A program made the position numbers and the translations under genes. A stretch of 64,000 bases of DNA from the NCBI GenBank assembly GCA_036343635.1, contig JAYYVF010000066.1:6173-70172 (forward strand), in the 5' to 3' direction. The notes below the pieces were generated by a model. That model ran no database searches, had not been told where the DNA came from, and was given only the letters and a program-made list of their open reading frames with translations. The first letter of the stretch is position 1. The number at the start of each line of letters is the position of its first letter. This document shows positions 9,762 to 20,041 of this stretch, piece by piece. This stretch comes from Candidatus Latescibacterota bacterium. Lineage in GTDB: Bacteria; Latescibacterota; UBA2968; UBA8231.

Positions 9762-10337
9762 CTAAGCTAATTTCTTGAAGAGATCGGATAGGTCTGCCGA
9801 CTCAGTTGTCCGTGCAATGACCCCTAATCGCTCATTGGGTTGTTTTTCATTCTCAAACGTGTAATTATTTGGTGAAAAGAGGGTGTCAAGAACTGGGGAA
9901 AGGTGTTGTTTGAAAAGCTGAATGTTGTCCTCCGTGTTGAGGGCTTGGAGCCTATCGTTTGCTATAAATCGTACTTCGTTGCCATTAAATTTGAGGCGAC
10001 CTTGCAGTTCGGGATGGCTTTCCAGTTTCATACATCCTCGTAGACTTGCAAGGAGCGTCAAAGTCAATCTTGTTGACAAATCGCCTTCCTGAGGCTGTTT
10101 TCTCGCATAGACCAACCCTTTGCTTTGGTCTTTACTCTCGAGAAAGTAATTAGCTTCATGTCCGATCAGTATGGTCGTTGGTCCGTGGTTGAGATGTTTA
10201 TAATCAGCAACATCAATCAAAACCTCTTCACTGCTCTCTGAAATCCATTCATTGAAAATTCGGAATAACTCTTCATCCTTCAACATGTCAGGATCTCTAA
10301 GGGTCCATTTGATATTTATTTTTTGTAGGTTTTGCAT
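9762..10337 (-). CDS. Hypothetical protein in the sulfite reductase operon
   Basis: 191-aa ORF starting 18 nt after the reductase; contains LIDVADYKH..GP and ANDRL segments. Confidence 0.75.
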   Translation of the reverse strand: MQNLQKINIKWTLRDPDMLKDEELFRIFNEWISESSEEVLIDVADYKHLNHGPTTILIGHEANYFLESKDQSKGLVYARKQPQEGDLSTRLTLTLLASLRGCMKLESHPELQGRLKFNGNEVRFIANDRLQALNTEDNIQLFKQHLSPVLDTLFSPNNYTFENEKQPNERLGVIARTTESADLSDLFKKLA

Positions 10338-10355
10338 TGCGAATTCTATAGGGTC

Positions 10356-12590
10356 CTATTGAGGTGCAGCGGTCAGTTTGTCGTAGCAGGTATAGGACCC
10401 TTCGATAAACAACTGAGCTTCCTCAACGCGTCTATGGGCGCTTTTTGCATCTAATCCGTCAACGCCATCTTGATGGGCAGTAAAAAAATAATTGGCAAAC
10501 TGTGGGGAGAATAATTCGCGCTCGAAATATCTGGATCGAAACTCCTCTACCACTATATCTGGATTCTCAGGAATATCGTAATATTCTTCGCGGACTAAGG
10601 CTCGAGCTGAACGCAGAATTGCTCGATAAGAGTAATCTACTGCATCATTTATCCGATTTTCTTCAAGCGCAATTTGTGCTTCGAATACTTCTCGCTCTGC
10701 AGCTGCTACTTCTATGATAGTTGCTGAAACGATCTCTCCAGCACACTCGCCTTTTCCGATGTCGCCAATACTGTAGGTTCGTGTGTCACCCCAATCCTGA
10801 TAATACCAGGAATCTTCTTCCAAAGGAGGTACGTTCGTCAGGTCATCCAGCATTTTTTTTAATTCACGTTTCCCGATTCGTTGGACATAGTGCGTGAAAG
10901 CTTCCTCTTTCTCACGTTCGGCGATATATCGCTCAGCAAGTCTTTCAACAACAGCAGGAATTTTTTTGGAGGGTACAGCTCCCATTGCCAAGCCAAATGA
11001 TCCGACATTTTCTTTCCATTGGCCACCCAGGACCACTTGAAAATGGGGGACAGTCACGCCATTTATTTTCCGGCTGTTTCCGTAGAAGCCAATATCGGCT
11101 GCATGATGTTGGCCGCAGGAATTGAAACAACCGCTTATCTTGATGCGAAGTCCTCTGATGGCTTCATCAAGGTTTAGACTTTTTTCAGCAAGGTCCTTTC
11201 TAAGCTGTGCCGCCAATCCTCGGGAAGACGAGATTCCCAACTTGCATGTGTCTGTTCCAGGACATGAAGTGATGTCTACGATAGTACCTGCACCGGGTTC
11301 TGCTAAACCGATATCTTCAAGGTCTCGATAGAGGGCCGATATGTCATTTTTACTGACCCAGCGAAAGACAATATTTTGCTCAACCGTTGTGCGAATAGTT
11401 TCTTTCACATATTGCGCACTTAGTTTCGCTAAATCTCTCATTTGGCTGGAGGTGATATCACCAAGAGGCAGCGCAACTGTCGCCGTGACATACCCACTTT
11501 GGCGTTGTTGATAAATATTTGTATCTGTCCACTCACTATATGGGTCGTTCGCTTGTGCGAACGTAGTTTCGGTTGGCCCTTTTAGTGCTGTTTCTTGACA
11601 AGAATCAATCTTGTTGAGATAGGACGTCCATCTGTCGTCATAGGGTAATATCTTTCGTTCTTCTTCAACAAGATTTCGAAATTCTTCGATACCCAATTTG
11701 GCTATCATGAATTTTATGCGTGCTCGGTTTCTATTTTTTTTCTCACCGATTCTAGCGAATACGCGTGCTATGGCCTGAGATAGGGGTAACAGTTCCTCCA
11801 CGGGTAGGAATTCACTGTATAATTGTGCCTGATGTGGTACAGCCCCCAGTCCGCCACCAACATAAAGTTTAAATCCTTTTTTCAACTCTCCATTGACTTC
11901 TTTAGTTGCTGCAATCGCCCCCATATCGTGCATATTTGCCAAGCCACAAGCTTCGTGTAGGCATCCGGAAAAAGCGATTTTAAACTTGCGTCCAAAATCT
12001 TGGCAATCGGGATGACCTAGTAAAAATTCCATTAATGCATGTGCATAAGGGGTGACGTCAAAAAGTTCTCCGCGACAGACTCCGGATAGTGGACACGCTG
12101 TAATATTTCGCACCGAATTCCCGCAAGCCTCGCGTGTCGTAATACCAACCGCCGCGAGCCGTCGCATAAGATCAGGGGTGTCGTCTATGTGTATATAGTG
12201 AAGCTGAACATCTTGACGCGTTGTAATGTGCAGAATTTCATCTGAATATTCCTCAGCTAAATCAGCCAGTGTTTCCATTTGTTTGATATTGAGACCTCCG
12301 AACGGGATTTTAATCCGCATCATCCCCGGAGCATGCCAAACAGTATCCGGTCCCTTTGTGGGCATGGCTGGATATTTCAATGTCTGATTTAACTGTCCGT
12401 CATACCTCTGGCCGTTGTCGTATCTCTGGCCGTAGGCACCCCGCCGTAATCGAGTTTCCGCAAAGAGTTTTTCTTCTATTTTCTCTTCTTTGCGGAGTTT
12501 GATCTGGGTTTCAAATATGTCAATTTCTTCCGAAATACCTGGACTCATCTCTTCAGATAAAACGGACTTCCAACTTCTGTCATCTTCCAA
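10356..12590 (-). CDS. Ferredoxin-dependent nitrite/sulfite reductase (siroheme) with a C-terminal HEPN-like extension
   Basis: HITTRQDVQ, ACGNSVRN, CPGTDTC and SGCFNSCG Fe-S/siroheme ligands. Confidence 0.9.
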   Translation of the reverse strand: MEDDRSWKSVLSEEMSPGISEEIDIFETQIKLRKEEKIEEKLFAETRLRRGAYGQRYDNGQRYDGQLNQTLKYPAMPTKGPDTVWHAPGMMRIKIPFGGLNIKQMETLADLAEEYSDEILHITTRQDVQLHYIHIDDTPDLMRRLAAVGITTREACGNSVRNITACPLSGVCRGELFDVTPYAHALMEFLLGHPDCQDFGRKFKIAFSGCLHEACGLANMHDMGAIAATKEVNGELKKGFKLYVGGGLGAVPHQAQLYSEFLPVEELLPLSQAIARVFARIGEKKNRNRARIKFMIAKLGIEEFRNLVEEERKILPYDDRWTSYLNKIDSCQETALKGPTETTFAQANDPYSEWTDTNIYQQRQSGYVTATVALPLGDITSSQMRDLAKLSAQYVKETIRTTVEQNIVFRWVSKNDISALYRDLEDIGLAEPGAGTIVDITSCPGTDTCKLGISSSRGLAAQLRKDLAEKSLNLDEAIRGLRIKISGCFNSCGQHHAADIGFYGNSRKINGVTVPHFQVVLGGQWKENVGSFGLAMGAVPSKKIPAVVERLAERYIAEREKEEAFTHYVQRIGKRELKKMLDDLTNVPPLEEDSWYYQDWGDTRTYSIGDIGKGECAGEIVSATIIEVAAAEREVFEAQIALEENRINDAVDYSYRAILRSARALVREEYYDIPENPDIVVEEFRSRYFERELFSPQFANYFFTAHQDGVDGLDAKSAHRRVEEAQLFIEGSYTCYDKLTAAPQ

Positions 12591-12712
12591 AGATCTATCT
12601 ACCCGTTGAACGTTTACACAAAAATTTTACCGTATATGTACAAAAACTATTATATCTTCCAAAAATAATGGCCGCGGGCTTATTGTCAAGCGAAAGGGAT
12701 TTCCGAAAATTT

Positions 12713-13618
12713 CTAAACGAATTTCTTAAGATATTCTCGGACCTCACTACCATGATCTGGATCAGATATTGCATAATCGATGAAGGTTTTAAAATAGGCT
12801 ATGTGATTGCCAATGTCGTAGCGTTTTTCCTGCTCGTTCAATCGCAGTGTTCTTACTATTTTCTTGTTTCTGATTTGCTCAGCAATTGCATCTGTTAAAT
12901 ATAGCTCCCCATTACTGGCAGGATTTATGTGGCGAATGCGGGTAAAGATATCTGGGTTAAAGACGTAGCGTGCACTGATAGCTAAGCGACTTGAAGTGTG
13001 TTCCGGTTGTGGTTTTTCCAAAATAGATACGACGCGGGAATCAATGGAGTGGGTCTCGTTGTGATCTACTGCCACGATACCGTAATGTTGTGTCATGTTT
13101 TCTGGGATTTCGTATGAGGCAATGGTAGTATCCGATTGGTTGTTAATGTGCGAATCAATTAGTCGTTTGAGTAGATTTGGTGACTCAGGTGAGCGGATGA
13201 TACTATCGCCAAATGCAACTACGAATGGTTCGTTATTGACAAAATTTTCACCGGCAAGTACGGCTCCGCCAGTGCCATTGGGTTTACTCTTACCTTTTGT
13301 CATGGTTTGACGAATGGAAAAAAACTGGATCCCTGCATTACCATAACCGAATAGGCTTTCTGTGAGTCGCGGATCTTGTTCCTGTTCCAAATGCATTATA
13401 AGTTCGGAATAATCATCAAAGTGATTTTCGATAAGATTTTTACTGCGGTTGGTAATAAAGAGAATTTGAGTTATTCCAGCAGCTACCAACTCTTCGATTA
13501 CTCTATGAATTATAGGCAATCGTCCAACGGGCAACATTTCTTTCGGGAGTGCTTTGGTTGTTGGTAAAAGGCGGGTTCCGATTCCAGCTACCGGCACAAC
13601 AGCTTTCTTAATGGTCAT
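12713..13618 (-). CDS. galU: UTP-glucose-1-phosphate uridylyltransferase
   Basis: KAVVPVAGIGTRLLPTTKALPKEMLP, EKP, ELYLTDAI, RYDIG. Confidence 0.88.
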   Translation of the reverse strand: MTIKKAVVPVAGIGTRLLPTTKALPKEMLPVGRLPIIHRVIEELVAAGITQILFITNRSKNLIENHFDDYSELIMHLEQEQDPRLTESLFGYGNAGIQFFSIRQTMTKGKSKPNGTGGAVLAGENFVNNEPFVVAFGDSIIRSPESPNLLKRLIDSHINNQSDTTIASYEIPENMTQHYGIVAVDHNETHSIDSRVVSILEKPQPEHTSSRLAISARYVFNPDIFTRIRHINPASNGELYLTDAIAEQIRNKKIVRTLRLNEQEKRYDIGNHIAYFKTFIDYAISDPDHGSEVREYLKKFV

Positions 13619-13671
13619 TTAAAACACACCTCCCTTTGGGTTACAACCGAATATCAAGGTCATTCTGGAAG

Positions 13672-13700
13672 TTGACAAGGCGCGCGTGTCAGGGTATCAT
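13672..13700 (+). promoter_or_regulatory. Putative sigma70 promoter with an embedded TGACA-N9-TGTCA inverted repeat
   Basis: TTGACA-N17-TATCAT. Confidence 0.6.
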
Positions 13701-13732
13701 ACCGACAATTCTACAAAACGGGGGATTACAGG

Positions 13733-15160
13733 ATGTCAGAGCCTCTTCGTTATCCAGATCTAACTGAAGAGATGAAAATGCGCGGTATCGGACCAATGTT
13801 GGCAATTTTTGGGCCGGGTGCGATCATAGCGTCCGTTACCATAGGTAGCGGTGAAACGGTTTTTGCTTCGAGGGGAGGAGCAATTTTTGGTTACTCTATG
13901 CTCTGGTGTTTTATTGCCGGTGGTTTAATGAAATTTATCCAGGTGTATTCCGCGGCGCGGTATATAACCCTCACGGGTGAGCATCCTATTGAACGCTGGA
14001 AATATTTGCCGGGACGGCAGGGGTGGATTGTATGGCTGTTGGCGATTGTGACAATTTTGTGTTTCCCGCTTTGGCTTTCCGGTTTACCTAAGATGCTGGG
14101 TGGACTTGTTGTTTGGATACTTGCTTTTCAAGGCGAGACTATTTGGGCGGATGAACGAATTTGGGGCACTGCCTTTGTTGTATTAGCTATCATTATCACT
14201 ATGATCCAGAGTTACGGGGCTCTTGAGCGCATTCAAACGTATATTGTTGGCCTATTGTTGTTGTCTATTCTAACGGCGGCGGCGGCTTCGCGTCCGGACT
14301 GGCTTGCTGTTCTGCTTGGTTCGATAACTCCTAAAATGCCAGTTTATGAAAGTTGGGTAGGTCGTGATTATCCTGATATTTTTGGTCGATCTCCTTGGTT
14401 GGAAATGGGGACTTATCTTGGAGCTGTTGGTGGTGGGTCCCAAGATTACTTTGGATACATTGGTATGTTGCGGGAGAAAGCTTGGGGTTTGATGGGGCGT
14501 TTTCGGCAGGGAGGGAAAAAGGGGATAGCCATTGCTGAAGATGCTTTGAATATCCAATTGGGCAGACAGTGGCTTCGTGCACCGCTTATTGATACATCTG
14601 TTTCTTTTGGCTGTGTGATTCTTTTTACAATCGCGTTCTCTGTTTTGGGAGCAGCAGTACTGAACCCCAAACAGATTATACCCGATAACACGGAACTTCT
14701 TTCGGTTCAGGCTGAGTTTTTGACGATGCTACATCCGTTGCTTTTATATTTTTATCAATTAGGAGTTTTTATTGCCTTTTTTGGGACGATTCTTGCAGCT
14801 TATGAGCTCTACTTAAGGACTTCTTACGAATGTCTCAGGCCCGTATCTAAACGGATTGCCGGTATGTCCATTAAACAATTGAGACCTTGGGTTGTAGGCT
14901 ACTGTGGAATAGGTGGTATAGCAATCATGTGGGCGGGTGGCAATCCCGTTGCTATTGTGACACCAGCTGCAATTTTTGGTGGTGTATTGACCTGTGGGAT
15001 TTGGTGTTTGCTGATGGTTTGGACGGATCGAAAATATCTCCCTGCACCTTTGCGCATGAGTCGTTGGTTGGTCTTCTTAAACATCATAAGTGGATTATTT
15101 TTAACGGGTTGGGGTATTCGTAGTGCAATAGAGTTTATCACCTCTATTTCTCTTGGTTGA
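13733..15160 (+). CDS. Nramp-like (APC superfamily) membrane transporter
   Basis: GPGAIIASVTIGSGE motif and about 11 hydrophobic segments. Confidence 0.8.
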   Translation: MSEPLRYPDLTEEMKMRGIGPMLAIFGPGAIIASVTIGSGETVFASRGGAIFGYSMLWCFIAGGLMKFIQVYSAARYITLTGEHPIERWKYLPGRQGWIVWLLAIVTILCFPLWLSGLPKMLGGLVVWILAFQGETIWADERIWGTAFVVLAIIITMIQSYGALERIQTYIVGLLLLSILTAAAASRPDWLAVLLGSITPKMPVYESWVGRDYPDIFGRSPWLEMGTYLGAVGGGSQDYFGYIGMLREKAWGLMGRFRQGGKKGIAIAEDALNIQLGRQWLRAPLIDTSVSFGCVILFTIAFSVLGAAVLNPKQIIPDNTELLSVQAEFLTMLHPLLLYFYQLGVFIAFFGTILAAYELYLRTSYECLRPVSKRIAGMSIKQLRPWVVGYCGIGGIAIMWAGGNPVAIVTPAAIFGGVLTCGIWCLLMVWTDRKYLPAPLRMSRWLVFLNIISGLFLTGWGIRSAIEFITSISLG

Positions 15161-16314
15161 TCATGCCATCCGATCGAAAAATTTGGAATACGATAGAGAG
15201 AATTCTTGAAAGCAAAAAACAGCTCGCGTGTGTTTTAACGGGCGGTGGATCGACTCTCCTCAATTGGCTTTTCAATCATCCCGGTGCTTCTAGGTTACTC
15301 GTTGAAGCTCAGGTCCCTTATACATCTCGTGCGTTGGAGAAATTCCTGTGTAAACCCGGTCCCCATTCGGTTGTTGCAAATACGGCCCGGGATATGGCTT
15401 TTGCTGCCCACGCACGCGCAATCGAACTGGGTGATGAAAATCTACCTGCCATAGGTTTTGCGTTAACAGCGGCCCTGACTACTACTCGCCCCCGAAAGGG
15501 AACTGATCGGGCATGCGTCGCTTTGATGTCTAGCAATTGGTGCCGTATATGGTCAATAAATCTGAATGCTAAAAGGATTGACCGATGTGAGCAAGAAATC
15601 CTATTGACCTCTTTTGCGCTGAGCCATTTGGCTACTGCGTGTGGGATCGAATTCGATCCACAGCTACCTGATTGGGTTGAGGTGGATTGCGAAGAAATTG
15701 ATTTGAATGATCCTCTAAAAGCTCTTTTCGAAGGAAAGATTGACGTTTTAGAAATGGGAGTTGATGGTAAGTTCTCGACGAATATTCGTGGCTGCCCTCG
15801 CGTATTTTTGTCCGGTTCTTTCAATCCTTTACACGAGGGGCACGTTCGCTTGGCTCAAACAGTGGAAAAGCTGAGTGGTCGCGAGGCAAATTTTGAAATA
15901 TCGATTCAGAACGTTGATAAGCCAGATATTGCTCCGTCGGAACTGGAAAAACGGCTTGGCGGTATGCGCGGTTATTTCCCGATAATACTGACAAGATGTC
16001 CCCGTTTCTTTGATAAGGCACAGCTCTTTGTAGATCCGCATTTCGTGGTTGGGTATGATACGGCGGAGCGTTTAGTGGATGGTCGTTATTACCAGGACGG
16101 TATAACTGGTATGCATTCGAGTTTAAAACAGCTGTATGATAATAAAACCATCATATGGGTTGCGGGCCGTTTAGTAAATGATCGCTACAAAACTTTAAGT
16201 GACATTGCTTTGCCTAAAGGATTGGGTGGACTGTTTCGGTCTGTAACTCAAGAGGAATTTCGTTTAGATGTTAGTTCAACTCAGCTTCGTTCAAAAATTA
16301 ATTCAGCTGAATAG
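15157..16314 (+). CDS. CinA-like domain fused to an HxGH nucleotidyltransferase (NMNAT-like)
   Basis: N-terminal TGGGS...PGASRLL.EAQVPY; C-terminal LSGSFNPLHEGH, FVVGYDTAERL, SST motif. Confidence 0.72.
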   Translation: MIMPSDRKIWNTIERILESKKQLACVLTGGGSTLLNWLFNHPGASRLLVEAQVPYTSRALEKFLCKPGPHSVVANTARDMAFAAHARAIELGDENLPAIGFALTAALTTTRPRKGTDRACVALMSSNWCRIWSINLNAKRIDRCEQEILLTSFALSHLATACGIEFDPQLPDWVEVDCEEIDLNDPLKALFEGKIDVLEMGVDGKFSTNIRGCPRVFLSGSFNPLHEGHVRLAQTVEKLSGREANFEISIQNVDKPDIAPSELEKRLGGMRGYFPIILTRCPRFFDKAQLFVDPHFVVGYDTAERLVDGRYYQDGITGMHSSLKQLYDNKTIIWVAGRLVNDRYKTLSDIALPKGLGGLFRSVTQEEFRLDVSSTQLRSKINSAE

Positions 16315-16333
16315 ACAGGATTGATAGGAAAAA

Positions 16334-17581
16334 ATGTCAATTTCCGTGCATGACTACCTTTATGAGAATAAAGCTCAGTCTATAGGGATCTTGCAGGAAT
16401 TGGTCCGGATTCCGACCGTAAATCCTCCGGGAGAGCGCTATTCTCAGATGGTCGATTTAATTTGTGAGATCTGTAGAAATATTGGACTTAAAGTTGATGT
16501 GCATGTTGTTCCGGATATTATGGTAAAAAACCATATAGGCTGTACCGATTGGCCTAGATACAACGTTCTTGCCAGATGGGATATAGGAGCAAAAGAGACG
16601 GTTCATTTTAATGCTCATTATGATGTTGTTCCCGTTGGAGGACGGTGGAAATTTAGCAATCCTTTTAATCCGATCATAGATGGAAATTACTTATATGGTC
16701 GAGGCACAGCCGATATGAAAGGATCTATTGCAGCTCTTTTAAGCGCAATAGACGCACTTAAAAAATGTCGCCTTGAACCTGCTTTTAATATAGAGTGCTC
16801 TTTTACGGCTGATGAAGAGACGGGTGGTCATCTTGGTACAGGTGAAATAATACGCGAAGGTTTATGTTCGGCCGATTATGCTGTTGTGTGTGAAGGTGCA
16901 GGAGGAACGAAAGTAGGTTGCGGTCACAATGGGGTTCTTTGGCTTGAAGTCGATTTTGAGGGAAAACCGGCTCATGCATCGTCTCCTGAAAATGGAGTTA
17001 ACGCTTTTGAGGCTATGGCTGAAGTGGCCAACGGTTTGCAGCAATACAAGGAGGCACTTGATGAAAAGTTAAAGACCTATACCGATTTTGATGGGGTGTG
17101 CCGTAATCCTTCAATCACAATAGGGGGAGTTTTCGGTGGCAACCAGGGACATAAAATCAACACGGTTCCAGCGTCGGCTCGTTTTTCCATAGATCGACGA
17201 TTGGTGCCTGGTGAAAATATGAAAAATGTCGAGTCCGATTTGCGATCTGAAATAGACATCTTGGGTCAAGCGGCGCTTCCTGCAAAAGTTTGTACGAAAA
17301 CAGTAATGTCAATTGACTCTTGTGTCGTCAATCCGGCGGGGTCGCTTTGCCAAGGTTTTGGTTCAGCTATAGGCTCGGTTCGTCGCAGTAAAGTTCACTA
17401 TGGGATAACTTCGGGGTTCACAGATTTACATTATTTCATAGTTGATGCGGGAATACCTGGGATTGGATATGGAGTAAAGGGTGAGGGTATTCACGGTGTA
17501 GATGAACGTGTGCGTTTGAATGATGTTATAATGACAGCACGTACTTATGCAGAATTCATTCGACGTGGCGTGGAGGGCTAA
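16334..17581 (+). CDS. M20/ArgE/DapE-family metallo-deacylase
   Basis: NAHYDVVP, GRGTADMKG, DEETGG, IHGVDE. Confidence 0.9.
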   Translation: MSISVHDYLYENKAQSIGILQELVRIPTVNPPGERYSQMVDLICEICRNIGLKVDVHVVPDIMVKNHIGCTDWPRYNVLARWDIGAKETVHFNAHYDVVPVGGRWKFSNPFNPIIDGNYLYGRGTADMKGSIAALLSAIDALKKCRLEPAFNIECSFTADEETGGHLGTGEIIREGLCSADYAVVCEGAGGTKVGCGHNGVLWLEVDFEGKPAHASSPENGVNAFEAMAEVANGLQQYKEALDEKLKTYTDFDGVCRNPSITIGGVFGGNQGHKINTVPASARFSIDRRLVPGENMKNVESDLRSEIDILGQAALPAKVCTKTVMSIDSCVVNPAGSLCQGFGSAIGSVRRSKVHYGITSGFTDLHYFIVDAGIPGIGYGVKGEGIHGVDERVRLNDVIMTARTYAEFIRRGVEG

Positions 17582-17583
17582 GT

Positions 17584-18315
17584 TTGTTGAGTCGCTATTT
17601 CTGGATGTGCTACGATCATCTTGGCGGGTTGTTCTTAACAAACCTAGTCTGGTCTCTTCTAAATGTCCCTTATTTGATTTTGGCTTACGGGATCTGGCAG
17701 TTCGGATTGAATTTTGGGGGAGCCTTTGTTTGGGCGGGTGGGTTGCTTGCGATTAATTTAGTATTCCTTTCCCCCATGGCATTGCTTCTGCATTCTTTCG
17801 GGTCTAACTGGGTTCGCGGAAGTGAAAGTACGATTTGGTCGTCGTTTAGCCTCTTGCGAAAGTTCTTTTGGCGCGCTCAATTAATACAGCTGATAAGTTT
17901 GTTGGCAAAGTTGATTTTAGTAATGAATGTAGTTTTTTATAGTGAAAGGTCAGACTGGATCGGATTACTTTTAACGGGTTTAATGGTTTGGGCCATTTTT
18001 GTTTTCTTCATTTTTTCACTCCAGTTATATCCGTTGCTGGTCACCCAAGACACAACGGTAATTTCTACGATAAAATTTGTTGCTATACTCGGTATTTCGC
18101 ATCCTCTTCGTATGTTTTGGAATTTTTGTGTCTTTGTGTTTTATGCCTTACTGGGTGTTATCTCTGGAGTCGGTTTATTTGTAGGTATCTATGCGGCTTG
18201 GGTGTTGTGGGCTAGTATTAGGTGTCAAAGTCTTCTTTCCATATACACTGGTAAAGCTTTAGAACCGGCAACTCCTAGGTCGTTTCGAGAACTTATCCGC
18301 CCATGGGAAACTTAG
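17584..18315 (+). CDS. Integral membrane protein (YesL/DUF624-like)
   Basis: Five to six hydrophobic segments; C-terminal RSFRELIRPWE. Confidence 0.6.
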   Translation: MLSRYFWMCYDHLGGLFLTNLVWSLLNVPYLILAYGIWQFGLNFGGAFVWAGGLLAINLVFLSPMALLLHSFGSNWVRGSESTIWSSFSLLRKFFWRAQLIQLISLLAKLILVMNVVFYSERSDWIGLLLTGLMVWAIFVFFIFSLQLYPLLVTQDTTVISTIKFVAILGISHPLRMFWNFCVFVFYALLGVISGVGLFVGIYAAWVLWASIRCQSLLSIYTGKALEPATPRSFRELIRPWET

Positions 18316-18351
18316 TGCGACCTTGTTGGATACGGGAAAATATTGGTAGAG

Positions 18352-19908
18352 ATGAAGCCACTGGTAAATAGCAGGGAAATGTATCAAATTGACCATGCGT
18401 CTGTAGGAGAAGGTTATTCCACTAATCAGGAACTCATGGAAAATGCAGGGAAGGCGGTTGTTGAATCAATTGCTTCTCGTTGGCAGGGATTGGATGGACT
18501 CGTCGTTGGTGTTGCTTGTGGAAAGGGGAAGAATGGAGGCGATGGTTTGGTCGTAGCGCGGCTTCTATCGCAAAATGGTGCAACCGTAAGGGTTTTATTG
18601 ACAAATAGCCCCGAGCAAATGAGTTCCGAAGCTTTTGAACAATTACGTCTCGCTGAGAAAACGAATATAAAATTTGAATCGTGGTTTGAGACGGATTGTA
18701 GCTCTATCTCCTTTTTTACGGGGGTAGACATTTTGGTGGATGGATTGTTGGGGATTGGGCAAGAAGGTGCTCCGAGAGATCCGGTAAGTAGGGTAATTGA
18801 ATTACTGAATAAGGTGGGGAAGCCAATATTTTCTATTGATATACCTTCGGGAGTTGTTGCAGATAACGGATCTGTTCCAGGTTCCTGCGTAAAAGCATCG
18901 GTAACCATCACTTTTGGTTTTTCGAAAATCGGACACCTTTTCCATCCAGGTAGAGACTATTGTGGAGCCTTAGAAGTAGCGGACATCGGTTTTAATCCAC
19001 GCGCAATAGATACGGTTTCGGCTGATTTGTTTTTGTCGGAAATTGAAGATGTACGAACTCATTTGCCTTATCGTAAGGGGAACGCACATAAAGGGAATTG
19101 TGGCTCCGTTGCTGTTATTGCAGGTTCGATGGGAATGACAGGAGCTGCTGCTTTGACATCTGAGGCGGCTCTGCGGGTTGGGTCTGGATCAGCTGTTTTG
19201 GGTATAGCGAAGAGTTTAAATGATATACTAGAGCACGCTGTGACCGAGGTGATGACTCATCCATTACCGGAAGTACGAAGGAATCGTTGTTTGTCGCTCC
19301 GATCTTTGGGAAGTATTGAGAAAATGCTCACACGAGCGAGTGTGTTAGCTTTGGGACCAGGCCTTGGTCGGCATCATGAAACGGCTGAATTGGTAAGACG
19401 TCTCATTGTACGTTGCCCTATACCGCTTGTGCTTGATGCAGACGGTTTAAATGCGTGTGTTGGTCACCTGAGTTTATTTTCGCAACGAACGAAACCAACA
19501 ATTTTAACTCCTCACATAGGTGAGTTTAGTCGTTTGTTACGGGTAGATGCGGAAACAGTTGTTTCGGATTTAGTGAATCTTGCAAAAAATTTTGCGGAAA
19601 AACATCAAATTGTTTTGTTGCTCAAGGGGGCGCCATCAATTGTGGCTCTACCAAATGGTAAGGTGTTGGTTAACTCTACGGGGAACGCAGGAATGGCTAC
19701 TGCTGGATCTGGCGATGTATTAACCGGAGCGGTTGCTGGGCTTGTTGCACAGGGGGTCGGCGTTGAGGATGCTTCAGTTTTGGGTGCCTATTTGCACGGA
19801 CATGCTGGTGACCGTGCCCGTGACCGATTGGGTGAATGGGGATTGGTTGCTGGTGATATTTTGGCAGAATTACCCCATGCGTTTGTAGATTGTTCAGTTG
19901 CAAATTAA
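18352..19908 (+). CDS. nnr: Bifunctional NAD(P)H-hydrate epimerase/dehydratase
   Basis: LMENAG, GKGKNGGDG, IDIPSG, HKGNCG, LDADGL, TPHIGEF, ATAGSGDVLTG. Confidence 0.95.
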   Translation: MKPLVNSREMYQIDHASVGEGYSTNQELMENAGKAVVESIASRWQGLDGLVVGVACGKGKNGGDGLVVARLLSQNGATVRVLLTNSPEQMSSEAFEQLRLAEKTNIKFESWFETDCSSISFFTGVDILVDGLLGIGQEGAPRDPVSRVIELLNKVGKPIFSIDIPSGVVADNGSVPGSCVKASVTITFGFSKIGHLFHPGRDYCGALEVADIGFNPRAIDTVSADLFLSEIEDVRTHLPYRKGNAHKGNCGSVAVIAGSMGMTGAAALTSEAALRVGSGSAVLGIAKSLNDILEHAVTEVMTHPLPEVRRNRCLSLRSLGSIEKMLTRASVLALGPGLGRHHETAELVRRLIVRCPIPLVLDADGLNACVGHLSLFSQRTKPTILTPHIGEFSRLLRVDAETVVSDLVNLAKNFAEKHQIVLLLKGAPSIVALPNGKVLVNSTGNAGMATAGSGDVLTGAVAGLVAQGVGVEDASVLGAYLHGHAGDRARDRLGEWGLVAGDILAELPHAFVDCSVAN

Positions 19909-20041
19909 CGAATCCATTTATCCGTGACTTGACATGTTTAGCACATTCGCATAATGTATGAACGGCTTGGTATGTGGAAACACGTATTGCTTCTAAAGTC
20001 TATGTTTTTTTTAAGGTTTAATGTTAATTACAGAGTAAAAT

